Of a stretch of 64,000 bases of DNA, positions 9,097-18,707 are shown piece after piece. The notes beneath the pieces were generated by a model that was not told the DNA's origin, did no database searches, and was given only the letters and a program-made list of their open reading frames with translations. Positions within the stretch are counted from its first letter, which is position 1. Each line of letters starts with the position of its first letter. The translations under genes and the position numbers were made by a program. The stretch comes from a virus: the IMG/VR virus record IMGVR_UViG_3300036715_001865, positions 126,392-190,391 of that record; one strand, 5' to 3'.

Positions 9097-9849
9097 TTAT
9101 GTTAAATATTGTTCGATATAGTCCCGATCTTGTGTAAAAATCGGGATATTACGTTCTATTCCTTTTGTTTGTCGATCGCCACCTAGCCGCGTGGTATAGC
9201 AACTTCCTCTTTTTTTCCAGGTATGTAGATTGTTCCAATTTACACATTTTTCCAACATCAACATATCTTGCACCTGGCTTGTGTTTTTCTTATGCAATTG
9301 GTTATGACTGAAGTGGTGTTGTCCCAACATGTTTATTGAATTTCTTGTTGCATCCTGTTGTCTCCATACAAAATAATTGGCCACTTCAGACATGGGTACG
9401 TTAAATACTCTACTGTCAAATAATGCAAAATTTGCTGGAGTATATGGGATGTCTGGGAACAATTGTCCAATGTGGAAATTGAAATTAGCAGTTGCGATTG
9501 CTGCTGATACTGATACAGTTTTCTGAATATTGCCACCGTACCAAGGGTCTGTTGTTAGTTTATCCCAATCACACAACAATATTGAAATTTCATCTGATTG
9601 TGTATACCCAAATTTAGCATTTTGAATTTGTGAACCTAATGCTTCCATAGTGAGACACATCGCTGTATGTAATTTTTCACTAAATGGATCATTGATCATA
9701 CTAGGATCATTTTCTTTGTTGATTTTTCTGGTATATGTATGGAACGCTTTACCATCTAACCTAATAATGGTAGCAGATCTACCTAAAAGAGAAGACTGAG
9801 TGGTCTTCTCATATTTCTTCATTCTGTCGCCCAATGTGTCCTTTGACAT
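9097..9849 (-). CDS. thg1: tRNA(His) guanylyltransferase Thg1-like (3'-5' polymerase)
   Basis: RMKKYE, IRLDGKAFH, YTQSDEIS, FDSRVF, YFVWRQQDATRNS. Confidence 0.93.
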   Translation of the reverse strand: MSKDTLGDRMKKYEKTTQSSLLGRSATIIRLDGKAFHTYTRKINKENDPSMINDPFSEKLHTAMCLTMEALGSQIQNAKFGYTQSDEISILLCDWDKLTTDPWYGGNIQKTVSVSAAIATANFNFHIGQLFPDIPYTPANFALFDSRVFNVPMSEVANYFVWRQQDATRNSINMLGQHHFSHNQLHKKNTSQVQDMLMLEKCVNWNNLHTWKKRGSCYTTRLGGDRQTKGIERNIPIFTQDRDYIEQYLT

Positions 9850-9928
9850 ACAAATCTCCTTATATTAAGCTGCAAATGTATTATACGGAGATTATCTATC
9901 AATATCAACTGGTGGACTAATACATGGA

Positions 9929-11398
9929 TTAGCGCTTTCTTCTTCTAACACGGTTATTAACTAATGTTCCAGATGAAACTGCTGGATCTCCTGCTAGTTC
10001 ATTCAAATACTCTTCAACTGCTGTGTATCCATTATTGTTAGCATCACTGTTTCTATCACTACTATTATTTGGATTCAAAGAATGTGTTGTTTCCCAATCA
10101 TCTGGCATTCCATCATGATCAGTATCAACAGAAGCAGTTCCTACAGCTAATGTGGGCCAATTATTTTGGTCTTGTCCTACAGTACCTGTTCCATTTATAA
10201 TATCATCCATTATACGAGAATCAATAATATCTCTAGTTGGTAATTTTGCTCCTGCACTTGGTAACACATTGGTTAAAACTAAACTTGTAGAATAGGTGGT
10301 TACAAATGGTGTGGTAACTGGTGAAGATAGTAAATTAATACCTGAATTGCCACCATAAATGTTACCTGGATTGAAGTCATTTACTGTTCCAGTTGGATAT
10401 AGTGGAGAATAGTTGCCAGTTATATAAATGCGAGTTTGTGAATCCACATCAAGTATTGTATTGTAACTACCAGCATCACCCAAATCTAATGGATTCTTTT
10501 TGTATACGTTGTTTACAAAATTAGCTTGGGTGGTATTAAAATTGACTGGATAAAGATTGGTAGCCTTTTGCATTCGGATGTTACCCGAATTATATGTTGG
10601 GTAATAGTAAATTACATTATTACGGAAGTCAAAAATACTAGGGTCATCTACACGAGGATTACGTTCTTGGTTGTGAGCAAATACTGTGTGATGAATGGAT
10701 ATAGATCTCGGATGAACGGTGTCAACACCAATATCACCACCAGCTAAAAATCCCATACTGTGAGAGCCTTTAGAGTGACCTGAAGTTGCTCCAGATGCAA
10801 TAATACAGTTTTGAATAGTGACATCACTTACTGAGTCCCAAACTGTTGCATTCTGATCAACAGACCATTGAATAGACAAATGATCCAACACAACATTATA
10901 AACTCTGTTTGGGATATCCACACCCCACATTTCAACACCACTATTATAGTCACATGAGTTTAATCCTTTGGCAATACATGCATCACTACCTGGTCGAATT
11001 CTTAAATATCGAATTACAACATCATGAGCCCCATCTTGAATATAGAATCCCCAATTTTTGATTTGGATACCATCCCCAGGAGCTGTTTGTCCTGCAATAG
11101 TAATATAACTATGTGCTGCATTTATGATAATATCATTAGCTAATGATATAGTTCCACCTGTTTTGAATACAACAGTTCTTGCTCCTGTTATACCTTCAAC
11201 ACAGTTTCTAAGTGAACCAACTCCAGAATCGTCTAAATTGGTTACTTCACATATAACTCCACCTCTTCCTCCAACAGTCTGAGTACCATACCCTTCGGCA
11301 GTTGGAAACGCTTTTGGAGGAATTGCGGAAGCAGGGGTAATAAAGGAAAATAGCAATAATGCTATTAAGGTTGAAGCAAATAAAGATAGTTTTTGCAT
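9929..11398 (-). CDS. Secreted pectate-lyase-like beta-helix protein with C-terminal Ca-binding DxDxDG motifs
   Basis: Signal peptide; AFPTAEGYG...GGRGG, VTNLDDSGVGSLR, TIAGQTAPGDG, DHLSIQWSVD, RNPR; DTDHDGMPDDWE. Confidence 0.85.
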   Translation of the reverse strand: MQKLSLFASTLIALLLFSFITPASAIPPKAFPTAEGYGTQTVGGRGGVICEVTNLDDSGVGSLRNCVEGITGARTVVFKTGGTISLANDIIINAAHSYITIAGQTAPGDGIQIKNWGFYIQDGAHDVVIRYLRIRPGSDACIAKGLNSCDYNSGVEMWGVDIPNRVYNVVLDHLSIQWSVDQNATVWDSVSDVTIQNCIIASGATSGHSKGSHSMGFLAGGDIGVDTVHPRSISIHHTVFAHNQERNPRVDDPSIFDFRNNVIYYYPTYNSGNIRMQKATNLYPVNFNTTQANFVNNVYKKNPLDLGDAGSYNTILDVDSQTRIYITGNYSPLYPTGTVNDFNPGNIYGGNSGINLLSSPVTTPFVTTYSTSLVLTNVLPSAGAKLPTRDIIDSRIMDDIINGTGTVGQDQNNWPTLAVGTASVDTDHDGMPDDWETTHSLNPNNSSDRNSDANNNGYTAVEEYLNELAGDPAVSSGTLVNNRVRRRKR

Positions 11399-11453
11399 AA
11401 TAAATACCAGTTTTTAAATTGTCTGGTATTTATTACTACTAACTTTACATCTA

Positions 11454-11546
11454 TTAATCCATATTGCTAATCTTATGAGTTTCTAAGATAGCTCGTTCAG
11501 TGTCGAGGTTTCTTGTAATGGCAGCTTCTGTGGTAAACTTATTTGG
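11454..11546 (-). pseudogene. Orphan remnant of the original MazG C-terminus
   Basis: Translates as PNKFTTEAAITRNLDTERAILETHKISNMD*, aligning with the current MazG end PDKFTVDSAIHRDVDKERSILESYE*. Confidence 0.85.
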
Positions 11547-11604
11547 AAGAACTAGGAGACACTATCATAAATATCTTCACCAAATTAATAAGTGAGTAGT
11601 CTCC

Positions 11605-12498
11605 ATGCAGCAACAGTTTTATGTATATGAATTAATTGACCCAAGAACAAATATTCCGTTTTATGTGGGAAAGGGATGTGGCAATCGAATACACCAACAC
11701 ATATTAGAAGCTAACAAACCAAGAGATAAACAAGTTAATAAGTTTAAATGTGCAGTTATTAACAATATACTGAGCAACCATAGAGTGGTGGTTGAATCAA
11801 TCATACAGGATAAATTATCAGAACAACAAGCATTTGAGTTAGAAATAGAATTAATAGCTAAATACGGAAAAAGGTGGGATGGCACTGGATCATTAACCAA
11901 CTTTCACGATGGTGGAATAGGAGGAACTGGATATCCAAAAGAAATAGAACAATATAGCATAACAGGATCATTTATAAAATCCCACTCATCGATTACATTA
12001 GCAGCTATGGAGCATAATATTCATAAAAGCTCAATATGTGCGGCACTTAATGGGAGAACCTTGTTGGCTGGTGGATATAGATGGGGATATGTTGGAGATA
12101 TATTAACACCATATACCAACATGAAATATACTCCTGTATCTTGTTATAATATGGATGGAACCATTAGATGCAGCTTTAATAGTATTAAATCTGCAGCAAA
12201 AAGTTGTAATATTATATACACCAATATTATTGATGCTATAGCTGGAAGGCACCATACTGCAGGTGGATATAGATGGGCGTACCTTGGGGAAATTCCAAAT
12301 TCCATCCCAGATGGCTATAATATTCCAGGTACTAGAAAGTTTGCATGTTATGATAATAACATGCAACTAATAAAAGTGTATGATAATCTGGCAGATGCTG
12401 TATTAGAAACTGGCGCAGTATCCTCTGGTATAGTAGATAGGTGCGCCGGCCGTGTTAAATATAAATCAGGGGGATTTTATTGGAAATATTATTCATAA
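11605..12498 (+). mobile_element. Free-standing GIY-YIG homing endonuclease with NUMOD1-like repeats
   Basis: FYVYELIDPRTNIPFYVGKG, EIELIAKYG, LTN; three repeats of the SI..A...TAGGYRW type. Confidence 0.85.
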
Positions 12499-13070
12499 CT
12501 CTCCAAAATAGACCGTTCCTTGTCCACATCACGGTGGATAGCACTATCTACTGTGAATTTATCTGGATATCTATGTCTAAGTTTTTCAAATCCCATATCT
12601 AATGTTTCATTTAAGGATTTACCAAGTGCATCATGGCCTATTAAGATATACCACATAACATCAAACATCTCCTCCCTAACATTAACCTGATCGATATCAG
12701 TTCCATTTTCAACGGCTTTTACAATTGCCTCAATTAATTCAGTACTTTCAGTAGCAATACCAATTAAAGCATGAAACAATCTAGGGTCAATTGGAAGATC
12801 CACAACATTAGAAGTATTGGTAGTACTTGCTAATGCAGTATGTGTATTAATAACAGTTCCTAATTGAGAATTCCAACCGTTATTATCAATTGGTTTTCCA
12901 TAAAACACATTTTTCTTAATTGCATCTAACATATTACCAGCAGCAATAAACATTTGCATTACCTGTAATAATTTATCGTAGTCAGTATGAACTACTTCGA
13001 GGTGACTTTCAGTGCGAATAGCATCTTTGATATATTGAGCCAAATCCGTGGTATCTTGTGAATTATTCAT
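12489..13070 (-). CDS. mazG: MazG-like nucleotide pyrophosphohydrolase
   Basis: HALIGIATESTELIEA...NVREEMFDVMWY...KLRHRYPDKF. Confidence 0.85.
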   Translation of the reverse strand: MNNSQDTTDLAQYIKDAIRTESHLEVVHTDYDKLLQVMQMFIAAGNMLDAIKKNVFYGKPIDNNGWNSQLGTVINTHTALASTTNTSNVVDLPIDPRLFHALIGIATESTELIEAIVKAVENGTDIDQVNVREEMFDVMWYILIGHDALGKSLNETLDMGFEKLRHRYPDKFTVDSAIHRDVDKERSILESYE

Positions 13071-13100
13071 ATAATCTCCTTTTGTATGAATTCATTACAT

Positions 13101-13130
13101 ATTATACAGATGTTTTGTTTTAATGTCAAC
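13101..13130 (-). promoter_or_regulatory. Sigma70-type early promoter
   Basis: TTGACA-N17-TATAAT with extended TG. Confidence 0.8.
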
Positions 13131-13226
13131 GTAATGGTGTTTTTCAAAATACTTCAAACGTTAATATGATTATAGTATAATAAATGTTTACAAAATAAAT
13201 AAACTCACAATACCACTGGAGATTAT

Positions 13227-13970
13227 ATGAAAACACATTACCGTACTATATGGCTATCAGATATACACTTGGGAACGAGAGATTGTCAAGCTGATGCACT
13301 TTTAAATTTTCTAAAAGATACTGAATCAGATAATCTTATTTTGGTTGGCGATATTATTGACTTTTGGGCAATTAAGAGAACTCCATACTGGCCAACATCT
13401 CACAACACAATTATACAAAAAGTTCTTAAAAAAGTAAGACACGGAACTAAAGTAATTTTCATCGCTGGAAATCATGACGAGTCCCTTAGAGAGCACGTAG
13501 GGTTATCATTTGGTGGAGTGGAAATACATGAAAATTATACTCATACCCTCACAGATGGTAGAACAATATTTTGTGTACATGGTGACATTTATGATGTAAT
13601 TACCAGATACCATAGATGGTTGGCTATTTTAGGTGATGTTGGATACACTGGACTACTGTGGTTAAATCGAATTCAAAACAAAATCAGAGCTTCTATCGGG
13701 TTTGGACATTGGTCTTTATCAGCATACGTTAAATCTCGAGTTAAGGACGCTGTTAGTTTTATTAGTGATTATGAAGCTAATGTGGTGAAAGAGGCTAAGC
13801 AATTAGGTGTAACAGGTGTGCTATGTGGACACATCCACCACGCAGAAATGCGAACAATTGATGGGGTTCTTTATTTAAATACAGGAGACTGGGTGGAAAG
13901 TTGCACTGCTATTGTGGAACATTTAGATGGTAGTTTGGAATTAATTAAATGGATGGAACATAACAGATGA
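13227..13970 (+). CDS. Metallophosphoesterase, UDP-2,3-diacylglucosamine hydrolase (LpxH2)-like
   Basis: LSDIHLG, LVGDIIDFW, IAGNHD, VHGD, CGHIHH, NTGDWVESCTA. Confidence 0.88.
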   Translation: MKTHYRTIWLSDIHLGTRDCQADALLNFLKDTESDNLILVGDIIDFWAIKRTPYWPTSHNTIIQKVLKKVRHGTKVIFIAGNHDESLREHVGLSFGGVEIHENYTHTLTDGRTIFCVHGDIYDVITRYHRWLAILGDVGYTGLLWLNRIQNKIRASIGFGHWSLSAYVKSRVKDAVSFISDYEANVVKEAKQLGVTGVLCGHIHHAEMRTIDGVLYLNTGDWVESCTAIVEHLDGSLELIKWMEHNR

Positions 13971-14013
13971 AGATTTTCATGGCGTTCAAGGTACAGGAAA
14001 CGGTCATATCACA
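13967..14013 (+). pseudogene. Frameshifted remnant of the original glycosyltransferase N-terminus
   Basis: ATG overlaps the upstream stop (ATGA); MKI then, after a 1-nt shift, GVQGTGNGHIT; paralogous to MKIWYAVNATGNGHIT at 15222. Confidence 0.8.
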
Positions 14014-14058
14014 GTACTCCATCATAAATACTAATACCAAAACAATTATGGTAATATT

Positions 14059-15210
14059 ATGGATGATAAATGGACCATGGAATGGTTTATTGGTATGGGG
14101 GTTATCTTGGTTGCTGTAGGTGGTAGCTTACGAATAGTAAAAAGTAAAATTTCTGATGAAATTAGGAATGATATTATAAGTGCTACCCCAAAATGTAGAG
14201 ATAATTTATCAGAGCGGATATATTGGTTGCTAAATGATATAACGGATTATCCTTACTGTGTTGGATGTGGTGTTTATATTCAGCCCATTTTTTACAAGTT
14301 AAAAAATGGATACAAAAATTCCAGATTTTGTTCTCCGGCTTGTTCAAGCAGGTCTGATGATATAAAACAAACTAAAAAATATAATTTTAAAGAGATACAT
14401 GGTGTGTACCACCACATGCAGCTATCTTCAACGAAAAGTAAGATTAAGCAAACAAATTTAGATAGATATGGTGTGGAAAATACATTTCAATCTGATGAAA
14501 TTAAAGATAAAATTAAACAAAATAGATTAGAACAAACTGGATATGAATATGCTTCACAAAATCCAGAAATTAGGAAAAAAATACAACAAACAAATTTAGA
14601 TAGATATGGAGTGGATAATCCACGGAAATCTAATGTAACCGTAGATAAAATAAAACAGACCAACCAAGAACGATATGGATATGATTCGTTCTTAATTTCT
14701 CCAGAGGGACAACAACAAAGATTACAAACCACTTTAGAAAAATATGGGGTGGAATATGCTTTACAAAGCCCCGAAATACAACAAAATAAAAACCAAACCT
14801 GTTTAGCTAAGTATGGAGTAAACCATCCTATGCAAACTACTACTGTTTTTGAAAAATGTGGTAAGTACAAGAATAAACAATTGAATCTACCATCTGGTAA
14901 ATCAATTCGATACCAAGGATACGAAAACGTGGCAATCACGCATTTATTATTAGAGGTAGGAGAAGAAGATATTAAAAACCAACGAGGAGAAGTTCCTTCT
15001 ATTTGGTATATAATAGATGACACAACACATAGGTATTATCCAGATATTTATATTCCCAGTAAGAATTTAATAGTGGAAGTAAAATCAACCTGGACATATA
15101 AAAAACATTTTGATATTAACCAATTAAAGAAACAAACTTGTATTGAACAAGGATATAATTTTGAATTTTGGATATGTTCAAATAAGAAAATTTTAGAAAT
15201 AATACGATAA
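14059..15210 (+). mobile_element. Free-standing endonuclease: Zn motif, TNLDRYGV repeats, C-terminal PD-(D/E)xK domain
   Basis: CVGC...CSPAC; repeated QTNL(D/E)(R/K)YG; YYPDIYIPSKNLIVEVKS. Confidence 0.75.
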
Positions 15211-15221
15211 GGGATATATTT

Positions 15222-16262
15222 ATGAAGATATGGTACGCTGTAAACGCCACGGGGAATGGACATATCACACGTGGAAGAGTGATGGCAAAAGAATTAAAAT
15301 CAGCTGGCATTGAGGTTGATTTTATGTTTTCAGGTAGACCACCAGATAAACTTTTTGACATGGAAGTGTTTGGAAACTACCAAACAAGGAAAGGGGTAAC
15401 TTTTAATATACACAAGGGGAAAGTTGATTCATACAAAACCATCATAGAAATGGATGTATCCACTATGTGGAAAGATATAGCTAATTTACAACTAAGTTCG
15501 TATGATCTGGTTATTAGTGATTACGAGCCTGTAACAGCGTGGGCAGCAAAACAACAAGAAATACCTGTTATAGGTATTGGCCACCAATATGCATTTAATT
15601 ATGACATTCCAATCAAGGGCGGTAATTGTATTACTAAAGGGATAATGAAGAATTTTGCACCAGTTACAACTGGGGTTGGTTTACATTGGCACCACTTTAA
15701 CCAACCAATACTTCCTCCCATAATCGACCTACCACATCTTCCAGAATATACAACAAAAACTATAATTGTGTATTTGCCCTTTGAAGATCAACAAGAGGTA
15801 ATTCAGATGTTATCAAAGATCAGAGGATTTGAATTTCATGTGTATACATCTGAAAATATAAAATCTACATATGATCACATTAAGCATTATACACCTTCGC
15901 GTGATGGATTTCAAAATGATTTGTTACACAGTGTTGGAGTTATTTGCAATGCAGGATTTGAATTAGTAAGTGAGGCGTTACAACTTGGAAAGAAAATACT
16001 AGTAAAGCCTGTACAAGCTCAAATGGAACAGTTATCTAATGCAGAAGCACTGACACAATTACAATATGGATATTCAATGATATGGTTAGATAGGGAGATG
16101 GTTAAGTATTGGTTATATGATACCAAAGCTACTATAATATCATATCCAAATACTGCTAAAATGTTGGTTGAAAAAATGCAAAGCGGTGGATTAGATTTAT
16201 CCACCGCTGAAATTATTAAATTTTGGGAAAATGTTACCGTCTCGGACCTTTCTTGCTATTAA
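15222..16262 (+). CDS. Glycosyltransferase, MJ1255/VC2487-like (GT-B)
   Basis: TGNGHITR, DLVISDYEP, IGIGHQYAF, GLHW, NAGFELVSEAL, QMEQLSNA. Confidence 0.85.
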   Translation: MKIWYAVNATGNGHITRGRVMAKELKSAGIEVDFMFSGRPPDKLFDMEVFGNYQTRKGVTFNIHKGKVDSYKTIIEMDVSTMWKDIANLQLSSYDLVISDYEPVTAWAAKQQEIPVIGIGHQYAFNYDIPIKGGNCITKGIMKNFAPVTTGVGLHWHHFNQPILPPIIDLPHLPEYTTKTIIVYLPFEDQQEVIQMLSKIRGFEFHVYTSENIKSTYDHIKHYTPSRDGFQNDLLHSVGVICNAGFELVSEALQLGKKILVKPVQAQMEQLSNAEALTQLQYGYSMIWLDREMVKYWLYDTKATIISYPNTAKMLVEKMQSGGLDLSTAEIIKFWENVTVSDLSCY

Positions 16263-16728
16263 ACAATTGTTTTTTAGCAAGTAGTACTGTGGTAGCAGGG
16301 GCGCGTTCTGTAAACACTACACCATTTAAGTGATCTACTTCATGTTGAATAACAGTAGCTTCCAGATTCTTAAATTCTTGTGTGTGTTCTTCTCCTGTTT
16401 GATCTTGCCAAGTTACCGTTATATCTTTTGACCGTTTAACATTAAAAAACAAACCAGGAAAAGATAAACATCCTTCTTTAATTGTTTGTGTTCCTTCAGT
16501 TTTTTCGATCTTGGGATTTATCATTGTAAATGGAAAAAATTCAAGAACTAGAATTTGTTGAGAAATATTAACTTGTGGAGCAGCTAAACCTGCTCCATTC
16601 CGTTCCTGTAAAATAACAGCCATATTTTGAACAATATGAACTAAATTACGATCAAACACTTCAACACGTTCTGCTGGAGTTGCTAAAATAAAGCTACCAT
16701 CATATTGAAATTTAAAATCTGGAGTCAT
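16234..16728 (-). CDS. def: Peptide deformylase
   Basis: GAGLAAPQV, EGCLS, QHEVDHLNG. Confidence 0.95.
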   Translation of the reverse strand: MTPDFKFQYDGSFILATPAERVEVFDRNLVHIVQNMAVILQERNGAGLAAPQVNISQQILVLEFFPFTMINPKIEKTEGTQTIKEGCLSFPGLFFNVKRSKDITVTWQDQTGEEHTQEFKNLEATVIQHEVDHLNGVVFTERAPATTVLLAKKQLFNSKKGPRR

Positions 16729-16741
16729 ACAAAGTCACCTA

Positions 16742-17335
16742 CTAATTTAATTGGTTATGGGCCAACAAGCGGCTATCCTTTCCAACTTTCGTCATCAAAA
16801 AATCCATTTGATCTTGTAATATATTTCTATTTGTTAAAATTAAATGTTCATAAATTGATGGAACATATGGTAAATACAACAATTTCATACCTGCTTCTTC
16901 AGGTGTGTTATCATCTTTACGTCTATTGCATCCAGCACACGCAGTAACAACATTCATCCAGACATTTTTCCCTTGTCTTGAACTTGGTAAAATATGATCT
17001 CTGGTTAGTTTTGCTGTGGTAAATTCAATTCCACAATATGCACATAAATTATGATCTCGTCTAAACAATGTTTTGTTTGTCAAAGACGGAGTCCGAAACA
17101 CGTGTTTTGACCCAATTTCACCTTTAATAGCAATAATGGTATTTAATTCCATTGTTGATTGGGTCTGAGTAATACGGTTAGTACCACCGTGGATAACATA
17201 CAATTCATCACTTGGTGTCCAGGCAATTAAATTTTTTGCTTGATAGTATGCTGCCGTCTGAAAATCAATCCAACGCGATGGTGTTCCAGACATATCTAAC
17301 TGGAGGATTAATGGGTGTTGTTGAGTATGTTCCAT
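16742..17335 (-). CDS. HNH endonuclease
   Basis: LFRRDHNLCAYCG...TRDHILP...WMNVVTACAGCNRRK. Confidence 0.9.
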   Translation of the reverse strand: MEHTQQHPLILQLDMSGTPSRWIDFQTAAYYQAKNLIAWTPSDELYVIHGGTNRITQTQSTMELNTIIAIKGEIGSKHVFRTPSLTNKTLFRRDHNLCAYCGIEFTTAKLTRDHILPSSRQGKNVWMNVVTACAGCNRRKDDNTPEEAGMKLLYLPYVPSIYEHLILTNRNILQDQMDFLMTKVGKDSRLLAHNQLN

Positions 17336-17435
17336 ATTTCACCTTAATAATTTACTATACTTACCGTATTTACTATAAGATATATTATACAGCATTTAAT
17401 AAATTTGTCAACTATTAAGGGGAATAAGGGATATA

Positions 17436-18191
17436 CTACATTTGTATTCCTCTACTATTCAATTCTTGTTGTAAAACTAACAATTTATTATCTGTTTTTG
17501 CTAATTTCATTCGTATTTCATGAGCGACTTTTTTATCCAAATCTCCCAATACTTGGTTGATTATCATATCAGCTTGTGATAATTGTTGTCCCATAGATGG
17601 AGCTTTTTGTTTTGCTTTAGATTCAGGGGCCTTTTTACCCCAGTCTCTATCAAACGCTTCTTGCAATTTTAGCCACATATTTTCAAATGCATTTACTGCA
17701 TTTTCTAGTCTACTAGCAGCAACTTTTAATCTGTTTTGTTGATCTAATGGGGCATCACTGGCCATAGATTTTAGTAACATAGGTAACTCACCAGCAAATA
17801 TATCTACATACTTACTATATGATATTCCTTTTTCTTGTCTTACAGCAACGTCCATATTAATTTCAACACCACCCAATTCTTTTAATTGTGAAGCATTTTT
17901 TTTGTATCTACTATCTTTTGATAGGGTGATTAAAGCATTTTTCATACCTGTTGTTGGATTTATTCTTCGTGAAGATGTGCTTAAGAAATTTTCTGCAAAC
18001 CATCTACCTTTTTGTTGACCTGCAACTTTTTTTGTGGTTCTCCACATATCTTCGTGGTTTCCCTCAGCATACATATTTTTGATAATACCAGGTAGGGTAT
18101 CAGAGTGTAACATGGTTAATAAATTTACGTTGTATAATAATTGATCTACAGCATTTATGCTCATATCTTCAAATAGGTCTTGTAATAACAT
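17436..18191 (-). CDS. Hypothetical late protein (MLLxDL N-terminus)
   Basis: 251-aa ORF behind a late promoter. Confidence 0.7.
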   Translation of the reverse strand: MLLQDLFEDMSINAVDQLLYNVNLLTMLHSDTLPGIIKNMYAEGNHEDMWRTTKKVAGQQKGRWFAENFLSTSSRRINPTTGMKNALITLSKDSRYKKNASQLKELGGVEINMDVAVRQEKGISYSKYVDIFAGELPMLLKSMASDAPLDQQNRLKVAASRLENAVNAFENMWLKLQEAFDRDWGKKAPESKAKQKAPSMGQQLSQADMIINQVLGDLDKKVAHEIRMKLAKTDNKLLVLQQELNSRGIQM

Positions 18192-18221
18192 GGTGGGATT
18201 CCTTAGTAATGTATATTACAT

Positions 18222-18233
18222 TATTTATAAATA
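18222..18233. promoter_or_regulatory. Palindromic divergent T4-like late promoter
   Basis: TATTTATAAATA gives TATAAATA on both strands between divergent ORFs. Confidence 0.75.
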
Positions 18234-18258
18234 TATGTAAACTATACGGAATAACCCT

Positions 18259-18702
18259 ATGCACATTACATTTAAACAATTTTTAATCGAAACCTTAGAT
18301 AACCCTGTTCCATATAGTTGGATTGGAAAATATGACGACCAGTGGACAGCTAAATTCCAAATTGATGAGCTCATCTATCACGTAATTTTTAGTCAGGATG
18401 ACGAAAATCTTAGTAAATGGGAATGTGTTTTTACAATTGTAAACCAAACTAATGATCAAGGTATGTTTGCTCTTACTGGAACAGGAAATGCAATGACAGT
18501 TTTCAGCACTATTACAAAAATTGCAGTTGATTTCATTAAAAACAACTCTACTGTTAATATGTTTGTATTCACAGCTGATGGTGACTCACGAAAACGTTTT
18601 TATGATAGATGGGCTAAACAATTAGCCCATCTATTTGGAGGGTGGGATATCCGTATTATTGACAGGGGAGTTCGTAAGTATATTTTACGAAGACCTATGT
18701 AG
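18259..18702 (+). CDS. Hypothetical late protein (FKQFLIE N-terminus)
   Basis: 147-aa ORF. Confidence 0.7.
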   Translation: MHITFKQFLIETLDNPVPYSWIGKYDDQWTAKFQIDELIYHVIFSQDDENLSKWECVFTIVNQTNDQGMFALTGTGNAMTVFSTITKIAVDFIKNNSTVNMFVFTADGDSRKRFYDRWAKQLAHLFGGWDIRIIDRGVRKYILRRPM

Positions 18703-18707
18703 GTCAA

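Noticed and set aside
16742-17335. Mobile homing endonuclease
   Set aside because: A McrA-like HNH without insertion scars or DNA-binding repeat modules; kept as an ordinary CDS.
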